Source: a virus (taxonomy: Duplodnaviria > Caudoviricetes). Taken from it: a stretch of 31,240 nt of DNA. Location: positions 1-31,240 of IMG/VR virus record IMGVR_UViG_3300036985_004610. One strand, given 5' to 3'. Below, one piece after another: positions 17,101-25,040 of the stretch. Position numbers and translations under genes: made by a program. Position 1 is the stretch's first letter. Each line of letters starts with the position of its first letter. Below the pieces are notes generated by a model. The model did not search any database, had not been told where the DNA came from, and was given only the letters and a program-made list of their open reading frames with translations.

Positions 17101-19402
17101 CTACGAGTTCAGCATTCCGCGCAAGATCATCCGCCAGCAGCGTGAGGCACTTGTCACGTTCTTGGCATCGATGGCCGATCAGCACATTGTCGTTAATCCG
17201 CCAGAGTGGATTTTGCTGGACCGCTCGCAGCGCACCAACTGGAGCGAACTGACCATTGATGAATTGGTCGACGCCGTGGACATGATCAAGCAGATCGACC
17301 AGATGGCTAAAAACAAGCTGCAGGTACTCAAGGCCGGCAAGTGGGAGGACTTCGAGCCAATCCGCCAGGCTATCGTCAGCACCATCGAGCTAAACGCATC
17401 GGCGGCCCGGTCCAGCCAGTTTAATAAATCCTTTGCCGACGACATACGCCGCTGGGGGCGCGAGTGGCTTGGCTTGCTGCCGGTAGATCAGATTGCACGC
17501 GAGCTTGACGGGCAGGACGATCTAGGCGCCGTGCAGGAGAACATCACCACGCCGGTGCAGGTGGCAGCACGCCAAGCACTGATCCGCGAGAAGGCAGAGC
17601 ACCAAGAACTTGCCGACCTGATCAAGCAGTTTTACAGCGACGATCAGCTCAAGGGCATGAATGACGTAAGCAAGCGCGTGGCCGTCGCCGAGATCAACGA
17701 CAGCCTGACCAAGATGCAGATGCTTATGCTGATGGCCAACCTGGGCAACGAGGGCAACCGCACGGCGCTGATGAGCGAGCAGCGTGGTGTCTGGAGCGCC
17801 GAGACAATACAGGCCGTTATGGCACGCCTAGACAGCAACGATGCCGACTTTGTCGAAGCGCTATGGGCTTGGGTCGATAAGTTTTGGGGCGAAGTGTCGG
17901 AGAACGAAGCGAAGCGTACAGGCGTGGCCCCGGCCAAGGTCCAGAACGACCCTTACCCGGTAAAACTGGCCGATGGCAAGGTGCGCGTGCTCAAGGGTGG
18001 TTACTTCCCGCTGAAGTACGACGGAGACCTGAGCATCAAGACCAGCCAGGACGACGTAGCCAACGCCTTCAAGAACATGACCGCCGGCCGCACCAGCAAG
18101 GCATACACACCAGAAGGCCACAAGATTACCCGCGTAGGATCTGGCGGCCGCCCTGTCAAGCTGGACTTTTCCGTCGTGCTCGGCCACGTCAACGAAGTAG
18201 TGCGCGACATTGTGATGACCGACCCGGTTAACCAATCATGGCGCTATCTGCACGACAGCGAGATTCAGGGAGCCTTTGAGCAAAGCAACCTGAAGGAGAT
18301 ATTTACGGCGCTGGAAATCTGGCTGCAGGACACTGCCGAGGGCGAAAAGGTCGATACTGGCTACATGACATCATCGGCCCGCTGGCTGCGCGTAGGCTTC
18401 ACCGCTAACGTGATGCTGTTCAACCTGGCCAACAGCATGCTGAACCTTGCAGGTACTCACCCGATAGTCGTGCTAGGCAAGCGCTGGGCATTGAACGGCT
18501 ACCGTGCAGCGACCAAGCCAGCGAACTGGGCGCAGATGTATGAGCTTAGCGAGTACATGCGCGAAGGCCGCGCCGATTCGTACAGCAACGACCTGCAGCT
18601 TGTGCAGGACCACATGCGCGGAAAAGGCGGATGGCGCGACGTTATGACCACTGCGGGCTTTTACCTGCACAACAAGACGCAGATGTTTATGGACGCCGTG
18701 ACGTGGATGGGCGCCTACGAGAAGGGCATGAGCCTGGACCTAGCTGGCCAAGAGCTGATCACCTACGCAGATCAACGTGTTGTCGAGGCAAGCGGATCGG
18801 GCGTGTTTGCAGACCGCTCGGCAATGGCGCGCGGCACAGTTAACCGCCAGACCCGCCAGAATGAGATTGTTCGCGGCCTTACCACGCTGGCCGGCTACAT
18901 GATCCGCAAGATGGCCATTGCACGCCGCCGCACGGGTGAAACCAACTTCAAGGACATCGGGCAGGCTGCTAACTGGGCTGTCGACATGGCGCTGCTATTC
19001 ACCGTTGAAGGCCTGATGTTCGCGTTCGTTAAGGGGAACACGCCGGACGAGGACGAAGAAGATCAAGCATCCGCATGGGTATCGTCGGCAGCATGGGAAA
19101 CCTTCGCCAGCATCGGCAGCGGATTGCCACCGTTCGGGCGCCCAGTAGTCTCAGGACTGCGAGGATATGGCAGCGGAAGCACTAGCATCGACATCTTTGC
19201 TGGCCAGTTCGGCGATGCAATAGGCCAAGTCAAGCAGGGTGATGCAGACGTGACCGCAGCCAAAGCATTGACGGCCATGATTGGTACAGCAACCAAGACG
19301 CCAGGCATCGCCACCAACCGTATAATCGACTGGCTGGACCGATCAAAAGATGGTGAAACTCCGCCATGGTATGAACTGCTCACCGGCAATCGGGACAAGT
19401 AA
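11114..19402 (+). CDS. Giant internal virion / DNA ejection polyvalent protein (LPD22-like N-terminus, LPD23/metallopeptidase, GNAT-like, ART-PolyVal-like, second HExxH peptidase)
   Basis: 2762 aa, ATGA overlap with the previous gene. 'TGWF.G.DG.WRFEI.D', HEVQH (13976-13990), 'Y.RLAGE.EAR', 'QGKGIG..L', 'FKKWFGDSKVVD..GKPLVVYHGT', 'PVYLSIKNP', 'F.PEQIKSA.GN.GTFD' and HEMGH (15686-15700) followed by 'HEQFARGFE.YL..GKAPS'. Confidence 0.85.
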   Translation: MKIDLPAEVNAEIQTNLKAQDAAEIQAEIDSQRQVNFKSSMTVAAGFEPARYAEAVQLERASGVPAKVAYDNWDKVQQVKQEDKLAGLFATAPRTAGALSDPQNAIIAKGDEDNLQYMERAVERATFEQNVSFWDATFEKWSKRTDVSKDVGRQRQLDRITADFDRVEAGEEFSSPFANDYRAADPAARKVMRDNLSLQKNLSTEKARTASLGLSELPVDPGDVAFEQAEGVTGVASTIIEEPIWAARKIGESLPDMAQGLVLGMINPIFGGLSEGVTASNYKLTELLQERGIDSSDPVQMMRAMRDDELMGEANARAARYGAGIGIVSTLSFGLLGKVMAPTAIGGKALTAGQRELISAGVQMPVQGALEAAGEATGQLAERGRASDLDSKEIALEGFLGALMAVPEAGGFAGKRFMQHMAQARRTERAATLQTDLVGKSLESSTRKNDPATFDAIVSAQLAGKPNEWLEIPAAKLQELNQSGQVNVPELLEQINVDPNHYAAQVELGGTVRMKNSSYLAYLAEYDEQLSSSVRFSTNDMSLEEVQAIDKQMLADMEQVAQNFGKTDQVAAAYSDVMGQLLGAGYERSAADTTARQYSAVMTRLAEQTGQTVEDVMAANPLNIGRDLPPTVRRIKGDEISLMLGRLRAGDVPRPADMFGKSLTEYLTASGGLDDTGGELAAFDADVGKVGRNRLARAGGKSLDDAAMAAWERGYFPGMAREDVTPNMLIDALREEAAGTPRFSVEQENAALRDQAANLDALQAYLDEQGIDLETATDEEVLALLRPGQPTDTSLEQFAGPTAWSADVPALEEAQARIAAGDNSEQVRQATGWFIGVDGRWRFEIDDSDARFRGYDAETDTEEVTTTNPEAFMDWIEEATAREKGIPLSQALHHPALFAAYPELAGVRLKVDPTRTAGGYFASMPGRGLSGSIIVIGDPYGYSSEVVKPIDVLMHEVQHAIQMREGFAPGGSPDILRAEKDQAKADLKYWGSVSALRRQADAYDGDYARARQELEDIFEEEYTDQQVLEAQQAESAEALANRAEAAEQVMREIGNPVSTYNRLAGEIEARNTEARREMTAAERLVASPEQTADIPADRAVIRWNGTEMISPAVNAQAGGQTTLNQAANPELARAMAMSEDEYIAAVNPENKRSDEADIVIVRTGDLDMPRDARPAAGFKDKTGADVQVFVDGNGSIYAQQDGEVIGQIENRDGETLNIVTVEAQGKGIGQGLAAELIRRQPFAPAGSFSPAGEATRRAAFRQVKAEQRTTLNQSQLGAAQTETEAFKKWFGDSKVVDADGKPLVVYHGTDQSFDSFASEKLGAATGAQSAGQGFFFVARPDVAVSYANYAALDAPVRRELAMSDKAEAAGDWDAYDAAIASAEELESEIGQEARRGQNVIPVYLSIKNPAVMDAGGELFTSLQDEINAFIKKAKRAGNDGVIINNLDDDPRFSDRVGDHYITFKPEQIKSAVGNSGTFDPASANILEQAGEEDARGSITFGPRQDGVRRFDIKLGKKSDLSTVLHEMGHYYLEVIGDLVHGGKANETLAADYGVIRDWLGAEADKPLTVDQHEQFARGFEKYLATGKAPSIELQDAFARFKRWLVGVYKDLARLNVELSPQVRGVFDRLLASEQAITEAEQALALTEQYEARITELMNPDEKANYLRASRQAREDATSEIEQEILKAEKQKDQAWYKEQRRKVEKEVRDELEASQPYQARKYLFGNTPHPDIGRVLRLDTAAVTELFGTKSKEARFLGRARARENGVHPEIAASILGYPNPVEMLTDMRAVPSLAEAVKLETERRMAERYPDPRKDGTLADKAMAAVGEREAEVQAIQLRTLARQAGRAPSQHKIIKEAARRHIASLKLRDVIPHAFRRASEKAARAVEDALIKGDMPKAYEEKEKQLMNLHLFREAVKAQDLSIQKRAQAKAYTKAGAKRKRLQDASVENYELAYPDGRIEYAATKTAAKQAEAEGATVTPLFNFLEQVDAILTRYEFSIPRKIIRQQREALVTFLASMADQHIVVNPPEWILLDRSQRTNWSELTIDELVDAVDMIKQIDQMAKNKLQVLKAGKWEDFEPIRQAIVSTIELNASAARSSQFNKSFADDIRRWGREWLGLLPVDQIARELDGQDDLGAVQENITTPVQVAARQALIREKAEHQELADLIKQFYSDDQLKGMNDVSKRVAVAEINDSLTKMQMLMLMANLGNEGNRTALMSEQRGVWSAETIQAVMARLDSNDADFVEALWAWVDKFWGEVSENEAKRTGVAPAKVQNDPYPVKLADGKVRVLKGGYFPLKYDGDLSIKTSQDDVANAFKNMTAGRTSKAYTPEGHKITRVGSGGRPVKLDFSVVLGHVNEVVRDIVMTDPVNQSWRYLHDSEIQGAFEQSNLKEIFTALEIWLQDTAEGEKVDTGYMTSSARWLRVGFTANVMLFNLANSMLNLAGTHPIVVLGKRWALNGYRAATKPANWAQMYELSEYMREGRADSYSNDLQLVQDHMRGKGGWRDVMTTAGFYLHNKTQMFMDAVTWMGAYEKGMSLDLAGQELITYADQRVVEASGSGVFADRSAMARGTVNRQTRQNEIVRGLTTLAGYMIRKMAIARRRTGETNFKDIGQAANWAVDMALLFTVEGLMFAFVKGNTPDEDEEDQASAWVSSAAWETFASIGSGLPPFGRPVVSGLRGYGSGSTSIDIFAGQFGDAIGQVKQGDADVTAAKALTAMIGTATKTPGIATNRIIDWLDRSKDGETPPWYELLTGNRDK

Positions 19403-19475
19403 CAGGGCCAGGGCGACACATGCCGCCCCTGACGCTTAAACTCAGCGCAGACAATTACACCACTGGAGATCACGC

Positions 19476-21734
19476 ATGACAGTATCAAGCCAAACAAGCA
19501 CGGCAACTTTCGTCGGCAACGGAGTGGCCACGGTCTTCCCGCTGCCGTTTCGATTCTTCAATAACAGCGATGTTTTCGCCTACTTCATCGATAGCGTCAC
19601 AGGCGCATCTACGCCGATGGTGCTAGGTATCGACTACTCGCTTAGCGGAGCTGGCGAGCCTGAAGTCGACGGAAACGCCTTGAGCACTTTAACGACTGCC
19701 GTGCCACTCGCAAGCATGCGCGGCCTGTACGTAGAGCGCGTTATGCCGCAAGTGCAAGAAACGGACATTGTTAACCAAGGCGAGTTCTTCGCCAGCACGC
19801 ACGAAGATGTTTTTGACCGGTTGACCATGCTTATTCAGCAGTCTAACGCGAACAGCGAGGGGGCAATTCGCGTGGCTATTGGCGACCCAGAGCCGCGCCG
19901 CCTACCGCCAGCAGCGCAACGCATCAATAAATTAATGACCTTTGATGATACCGGAGAGCCATCTACCGAGTTTTACAATCCTGGCGACGCCGCTGGCCTA
20001 AGCATATTGCTGGCCGATCAGACTCCAGGCACCGAGGGCGCACGACTTGTCGGATATACCGGGCGAACTGTTTTTGCAAAGCTGAGTGATTACATCAGCG
20101 TAGCCGACTACGGTGCTGTGGGTGATGGCGTTACTAACGATACAGCAGCATTTACCGCAGCGCTGGCAACACGTAAAAACGTGTATGTGCCTCAGGGCGT
20201 TTTTCTTATAACTGACAGACTTGTTGTAAATCCCGGACAAACTCTTTACGGGGCTGGTCGGCAAGTATCCACAATAAAAGTCAATGCAACATTTAACATG
20301 GCAGCAAACTCGATTATCCGGCTCGCAATTCCCGGTGAGGAAGTTACGCGGCTCATGGACATTGAAATACTCTGCTACCAAGACCCAAGCACGCCAAACC
20401 GAGCTGCGCTTATTGCATACCCGCCAGCCGTCTATGCGGATAACTGCTCACGGTTTGAGATTGACAAGGTTCGCATTGCAGGTGCCATAGACGGAATAAT
20501 CGCCACAGGCAACTGTGGTGGTGCTTTTATTGGGCGATTAGAGGTAGGTTGTTTCGGAACCGGCTTGAAGTTCGATGGCGCATTAGACTTTGTTCGGATC
20601 GAGTCTTATCACTTCTGGCCGTTCGCATATCCAAGCGGTAACCTTGTTACCATCTACGAGGACGGAACTACAGTAGCTGCCGAGTTTGGGCACGTAGACG
20701 GATTGAACATCGGATCACTGACCACCTACAAGGGCCGCGTCAAGTTCACCTCAAGCAATCTTACGCCTATTGGTGCAGCACTTCCAGCGTGCATCGCTAA
20801 TCTGCAACTAGATGGCGAGGGTGCAATTTACGAGCACACTGGCGGTAATGGCGTACAAGTAGCCTGCTGTTACAGCACCAAGGATAGCAGCCCTACTGCT
20901 ACGCTGATAGTGACCAATGGTCGTGCTGAGTTTGGCTTCTTTGATTTGAACGCCGCCAACACCGTCACTCCGATTCTGGTAAACGGTGGTCAGCTCTACA
21001 TCAACGGCGGAAAGCTGCGTAATCTATTGGTCGCCGGAAAGCTAGCAGAAGTCACAAGCGGAACGTTGTCTATTCGCAACTCTTGGTTTGATGTCCCTAA
21101 CAACACCCGTACAGTGCCATACGTCGAGCAAAGCGGAACAGGTATTCTGCACGTCACAAGCTGCACAACTACGCGCCATCCGGGAATCAGTGGGCCGTTA
21201 GTCAAGATTGGCGCAGACCTCGCAGGCCACACCATAATCGGCAATAGCTTTCTCGGCTTTACGCTTGATATTGCAACAGACTCGTTGCTTGGTGCGTATG
21301 GGCCTAACCGCTGTAAGTCGTCGAGCTTTACGCCAATTGTTGAATTTGCCACAAACGGGGACTTTAACCCGACTTACGCAGTGCAGCAGGGAAAGTACTG
21401 GTACACAGAAAACGGTATTGCATTCGATTTAAGAGTTGAGTTCAGTACTAACGCCTACAGCACGTCGTCAGGCGGCTTTAGAGTTTCTGGAATGCCAGTT
21501 CCTCTTACGAACGACTTTGATTTCGGTGCCATAACGATAGGGCTGCAAAGTAATTTCACTCTGACTGGTGGCTTTACCAGTATGCAGGCTGTTTCTGGAG
21601 TCACAAGCCAGGGAATCCTGCTTAGGCAAGCAGGGTCAACTCAGACGTCTAACGCGCTATTCAATGCGAACGTACCCGCAAGCACGGCTGGTTTCCAGCT
21701 AACGCTAAGCGGTGAGATAAATACGCAATTATAA
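19476..21734 (+). CDS. Tailspike: T7-type N-terminal tail-attachment domain plus right-handed beta-helix (pectate-lyase-like) depolymerase
   Basis: 752 aa, GGAG RBS. 'GNGVATVFPLPFRFF' and 'HEDVFDRLTMLIQQ' (attachment domain); 'SVADYGAVGDGVTNDTAAF..AL' (GAVGDG at 20112-20129) opens the beta-helix. Confidence 0.88.
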   Translation: MTVSSQTSTATFVGNGVATVFPLPFRFFNNSDVFAYFIDSVTGASTPMVLGIDYSLSGAGEPEVDGNALSTLTTAVPLASMRGLYVERVMPQVQETDIVNQGEFFASTHEDVFDRLTMLIQQSNANSEGAIRVAIGDPEPRRLPPAAQRINKLMTFDDTGEPSTEFYNPGDAAGLSILLADQTPGTEGARLVGYTGRTVFAKLSDYISVADYGAVGDGVTNDTAAFTAALATRKNVYVPQGVFLITDRLVVNPGQTLYGAGRQVSTIKVNATFNMAANSIIRLAIPGEEVTRLMDIEILCYQDPSTPNRAALIAYPPAVYADNCSRFEIDKVRIAGAIDGIIATGNCGGAFIGRLEVGCFGTGLKFDGALDFVRIESYHFWPFAYPSGNLVTIYEDGTTVAAEFGHVDGLNIGSLTTYKGRVKFTSSNLTPIGAALPACIANLQLDGEGAIYEHTGGNGVQVACCYSTKDSSPTATLIVTNGRAEFGFFDLNAANTVTPILVNGGQLYINGGKLRNLLVAGKLAEVTSGTLSIRNSWFDVPNNTRTVPYVEQSGTGILHVTSCTTTRHPGISGPLVKIGADLAGHTIIGNSFLGFTLDIATDSLLGAYGPNRCKSSSFTPIVEFATNGDFNPTYAVQQGKYWYTENGIAFDLRVEFSTNAYSTSSGGFRVSGMPVPLTNDFDFGAITIGLQSNFTLTGGFTSMQAVSGVTSQGILLRQAGSTQTSNALFNANVPASTAGFQLTLSGEINTQL

Positions 21735-21739
21735 TGAGA

Positions 21740-21770
21740 AAGGCCCGCGCAATGCGGGCCTTATTCGTTT
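21740..21770. terminator. Bidirectional Rho-independent terminator between the convergent late and replication blocks
   Basis: AAGGCCCGC-GCAAT-GCGGGCCTT, with T-rich sequence on the right and A-rich sequence on the left. Confidence 0.8.
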
Positions 21771-21774
21771 CGAT

Positions 21775-22167
21775 TTAATCCGTATTATGTAATCGCTCTA
21801 GCCGCCTTCTTAAATCCTCAGCGGTGCGCTTTGCGTAGTCGCCTATGTCAGGCCTGTCCAGCTTGTCGGGCTCCATGGCTTGCTCTGTATAGCCAAAACG
21901 CTTGGCGCGGGATTTGGCGCATCGAAGCCAGCCGCACCACATGGCGTGAGCCGTTGGGCTCATATACACACCATCTAAATCCGGCTCAAGAGTCGTTCTA
22001 AACCCTTCTTCTAACATCGCAGCCTCAAACGCCGCCCGCTCCACCACCTCATCAAACGCATGGCTTGCTAGGTGGTCGGGGTATCGGACTACTCGTCCAT
22101 CGGCTGCGGACTTTAGGTAACCGCCGTCTATGTCGCCAAGTGCGTTATATCGCTTAATCCCGCTCAT
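21775..22167 (-). CDS. Hypothetical phage protein
   Basis: 130 aa, ATGA overlap with the DUF551 gene, GGAGAG RBS. Confidence 0.7.
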   Translation of the reverse strand: MSGIKRYNALGDIDGGYLKSAADGRVVRYPDHLASHAFDEVVERAAFEAAMLEEGFRTTLEPDLDGVYMSPTAHAMWCGWLRCAKSRAKRFGYTEQAMEPDKLDRPDIGDYAKRTAEDLRRRLERLHNTD

Positions 22168-23078
22168 TTGCTCTCTCCCGGTGTAGGGGATGCCGCGAGC
22201 GGCATCCAGTGGGTAACTTCATCACCTGAGCCATCGTCGATCAGCCTGGAGTACCACCCGTCATATTCGGAATGTTCCTTCACGTCATTCCAGCCAGTTG
22301 CGGTCGTTGACTCACCGTCGATATCGTCGTTGTACAGCAGGAATGCATTTAGATACCGGGCCGAAAAGACGTAGGACTCGCCGTTGTGCGCACGCTTCAC
22401 GCAAACGATAACCTCCTGCTCTTCCCCCTCCGGAACTTCAGGCAGCCGATCACTGACTGCAATCCACCCATCCGGCACGACCATTGCGAGATCGTCTTCC
22501 ATCTGGTCATGTAGCCGGTCGATGTACTCTTGCGGCTGGCAATGCCGGCAGCCGTCGCCAAGCACGCTAATCGACATTGAGCATTTGCATTTAGGTACAG
22601 CCATTGCGCTAGCCTGCAAGGCGCTGACGATGCGGGCTTGCCATGCGGCACCTTCGCGAAAACCGGCACGGGCAGCCATGTAGCCGTTTACTCCAGATAT
22701 CGGGTTTCCATCTTTCTCCCACCCTCTAAACGCTTCGTCGGCAGCGGCTTGGAAAGCAACCCCTTCCACAGCGTCAGGAATATGGGCGGGCGTGGCGAGT
22801 TCGGCGCGTAGCCTGGTAATCTCGCCTGTCAGCGCCAGGAACATATCGGCAGACTGGCCAGACTCCAACGCAGCAATCCGCTCACGCAGCCCAGCAACCA
22901 AGGCGAGGGCTTCGGAGTGGCGGCAGAGTGGGTAAATGTCGTAGGCCATCTTTGAGTATTCTTCTACGGTATCCTTGGATCGAGTTATTGCGTTAAACGA
23001 TCCATCATCTTGGTAGTAGACCTCCCAGGCAACCAACTCCAGCCCTTCGTTTTCTAAACGCAATTCATTATCATTCAT
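22164..23078 (-). CDS. Mosaic Eaa/Ead-like protein with C-terminal DUF551 domain
   Basis: 304 aa. 'VPDGWIAVSDRLPE ... VTHWMPL' is the DUF551 signature; internal CxC..CxxC micro-domain. Confidence 0.75.
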   Translation of the reverse strand: MNDNELRLENEGLELVAWEVYYQDDGSFNAITRSKDTVEEYSKMAYDIYPLCRHSEALALVAGLRERIAALESGQSADMFLALTGEITRLRAELATPAHIPDAVEGVAFQAAADEAFRGWEKDGNPISGVNGYMAARAGFREGAAWQARIVSALQASAMAVPKCKCSMSISVLGDGCRHCQPQEYIDRLHDQMEDDLAMVVPDGWIAVSDRLPEVPEGEEQEVIVCVKRAHNGESYVFSARYLNAFLLYNDDIDGESTTATGWNDVKEHSEYDGWYSRLIDDGSGDEVTHWMPLAASPTPGESK

Positions 23079-23128
23079 ATCAAAACCCCATTTCGTTACG
23101 TTAATGTTATGTTATTACATTGTACACT

Positions 23129-23142
23129 TGACCATTTGGTCA
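23129..23142. promoter_or_regulatory. Operator-like inverted repeat in an AT-rich intergenic region
   Basis: TGACCA-TT-TGGTCA, next to a minus-strand TACAAT (-10-like) upstream of the DUF551 gene. Confidence 0.45.
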
Positions 23143-23237
23143 TGTTTTGCAATCGCTTCAAATTCTGCTTCTAACGCATTCCTACTACCTACCCGCTACC
23201 ATCGCCTAGCCCGAACCTCGAACGCGTCACCAGCGCG

Positions 23238-23906
23238 CTAATTTCGGCACTCTCGACCTATCGCCTTAACCTCTGCGAGTAGTTCCTGCACGGATTTGGT
23301 CGAATGCTTCAAAAGATTGCCGCCATCAGATCCGCCCCTGAGGACTTCGAGGCACTTGCTTTCATCACCGATCAACACAGGTGACGGCGCGTTCTTCCTG
23401 TAACCGGCCGTGTTGTTTTCTGCCTCGGCCACTCCGATCATGTGGCGCGGGTAATCAGCGCCAGGACCGCCAGCAATCACATAGGCCCGATAACGACGGG
23501 CAAACTCGATGCCTTGAAATTTATAATCGTCTTCGCTTGGCGTGTTGCACAGCTTGATCCAGCCGCCCATTTCATCAAGAACCTTGTGGATTATGGCGTC
23601 ATCGAAAACGACTGACTGGTATGGGCCTACGCGGCGCACAGCCTTGTCCAGCCTGCTCCATGCCTGCATGCCCTGGTCTTGGCTTGTGCCGTCGATCAGG
23701 CGCACAACGTCGGCAGGCTTTGGCGGGAACTGACCGGAGTCTGGATTTTGAACGTGCGCATTCAGGCCGCGCCGAACAGACTCAATGTCAAAGCCAGCCA
23801 AGGCGTCAAAAAAAACATCGACAAAGCCAGTAGTGATTGGCTTGCCGTACACGCTCATAACTTTGGCCAGCATAGCCGATAATGCTTCTCGATCTTCATG
23901 GCGCAT
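23238..23906 (-). CDS. DUF6475-family protein (replication partner, possible helicase loader)
   Basis: 222 aa. 'FPPKPADVV', 'AVRRVGPYQSVVFDD.IIH.V..EMGGW..LC' and 'F.RRY'; directly downstream of the initiator. Confidence 0.75.
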   Translation of the reverse strand: MRHEDREALSAMLAKVMSVYGKPITTGFVDVFFDALAGFDIESVRRGLNAHVQNPDSGQFPPKPADVVRLIDGTSQDQGMQAWSRLDKAVRRVGPYQSVVFDDAIIHKVLDEMGGWIKLCNTPSEDDYKFQGIEFARRYRAYVIAGGPGADYPRHMIGVAEAENNTAGYRKNAPSPVLIGDESKCLEVLRGGSDGGNLLKHSTKSVQELLAEVKAIGRECRN

Positions 23907-25038
23907 AAATAAATTCTCCCTCGATGATTATTTCGCCCGTGTCGATTGGGCTTTCGCTGCCCCCTCGCTCGCCGGCAACGCGTGCCGCTTCACGTTCGCG
24001 GATCTGGCGCACCACGTCGTTGTTTGCGTCTTCGATTTGCTGCTGCCGGTTTACAGGGCCATTACCTCTAGGGACCCGCTCAGCATCCCCTTGGGCGGTC
24101 AGCATCCAGTTGCGCCAAGTTGCCGGCCAATCAGCCTTAGTCTTCGCTTCTGCGCGCCAGTAGTTCACAAACTTTTCAGTCTGCAGTTGCAGGCTTACCG
24201 CCGGTACTCGTTCGGCTGCCCACTTTCGCATTTCAACCGTGACTAGAAACGGATCGGGAATTTTGGTTTTCCGTGCTGCTGGAGTGACGCGTGGTGAACG
24301 GGCCTCCTTCCCCTTCCCTTCCTCTTCCTCTTCCCTTCCCTTCCCTTCCCTTCCCTTCCCTTCCCCTTGTGCATGCACGTGCATGCACATGCGTTGCATG
24401 TCGCCAAGCTCTATCCCATCCAGTGCAAGGTCGTCGATAAGCGGCTGCCCTTGCACTGGACGCGCAGAATTACAGGGCCTGCAGAGAGTTCGCAGGTTAG
24501 TTAGCGCATGAGTTCCACCCATGCACTGCGGGAATATGTGGTCAATTGTTAGATCGACTATCGAATGGCAGCGCACGCACGCGTTACCGTCTCTAGCAAA
24601 TACCGTTTCACGCAACGGAGCGGGGATATTCACTCCGCGCGGGACATGCTCTCCTTTTCCCGTGCACGCATGTGCATGCACGTGCATGCACTCGATTACG
24701 TCAGGAGGCTCAGGTATTACCGACTTTGCCTCTCTGGAGTTGATTACTTGATGCTTCGACCATGAAGGTATCCAGCCGAACGATTTACCATCACTCTCGT
24801 ACTTTAGAATAAAGCCGTACCGCTCCAGCGCATCCATTACACGATCGAAATCGATGACATCGAATGGCAGTGCGTCTAGCTTCAAGGCACGCGGCTTCCA
24901 GGGGAAACGACCATCCCTGTCGGCAACAGTCCATATCCCAATAAACGCAAGCCGAAGCGGAAAACCCGTTTCTTGCTCAGCCTCAAAAAGCCCTTCGTGC
25001 CTGAAAAAATCAGGCTTAATCGTCCTAATTCTGGCCAT
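23896..25038 (-). CDS. Phage replication initiator (O-like) carrying an in-frame HNH domain
   Basis: 380 aa. N-terminal 'MARIRTIKPDFF', 'W..AD..GR', 'W.KHQ.I'; GKG-repeat linker; C-terminal 'F.NYW......KADWPATWRNW'. Internal HNH: 'VFARDG..CV.C.....LTIDHIFP...GG....NL.TLC..CN'. Confidence 0.82.
   Translation of the reverse strand: MARIRTIKPDFFRHEGLFEAEQETGFPLRLAFIGIWTVADRDGRFPWKPRALKLDALPFDVIDFDRVMDALERYGFILKYESDGKSFGWIPSWSKHQVINSREAKSVIPEPPDVIECMHVHAHACTGKGEHVPRGVNIPAPLRETVFARDGNACVRCHSIVDLTIDHIFPQCMGGTHALTNLRTLCRPCNSARPVQGQPLIDDLALDGIELGDMQRMCMHVHAQGEGKGREGKGREEEEEGKGKEARSPRVTPAARKTKIPDPFLVTVEMRKWAAERVPAVSLQLQTEKFVNYWRAEAKTKADWPATWRNWMLTAQGDAERVPRGNGPVNRQQQIEDANNDVVRQIREREAARVAGERGGSESPIDTGEIIIEGEFIYAP
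24303..24368. repeat. 66-nt pure pyrimidine tract containing (TTCCC)x7
   Basis: Only C and T from 24303 to 24368, with seven perfect TTCCC units at 24331-24365. Encodes the GEGKGREGKGREEEEEGKGKE linker on the minus strand. Confidence 0.9.
24368..24691. repeat. 21-bp direct repeat, itself palindromic, flanking the HNH insertion; probable origin/iteron elements
   Basis: TGTGCATGCACGTGCATGCAC at 24368-24388 and 24671-24691 (303 bp apart). 24368-24389 is a perfect 22-bp palindrome. Confidence 0.88.
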
Positions 25039-25040
25039 TA

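Noticed and set aside
19403-19475. GC hairpin after the giant gene as a terminator
   Set aside because: Short stem (GGGCG/CGCCC) with no U-tract; insufficient support.
11162-19506. Many antisense and alternate-frame ORFs over the giant gene (and over other long genes)
   Set aside because: Expected shadows of GC-rich coding sequence; no RBS or recognisable motifs.
19476-21734. Diversity-generating retroelement, suggested by the BPP-1-like head genes
   Set aside because: No reverse transcriptase and no template/variable repeat pair in the window; the receptor-binding protein is a beta-helix spike.
24368-24691. Intein, group I intron or CRISPR interpretation of the repeat-flanked HNH
   Set aside because: No splicing-domain motifs, the insert is only 101 codons with a continuous frame, and there are just two repeats.
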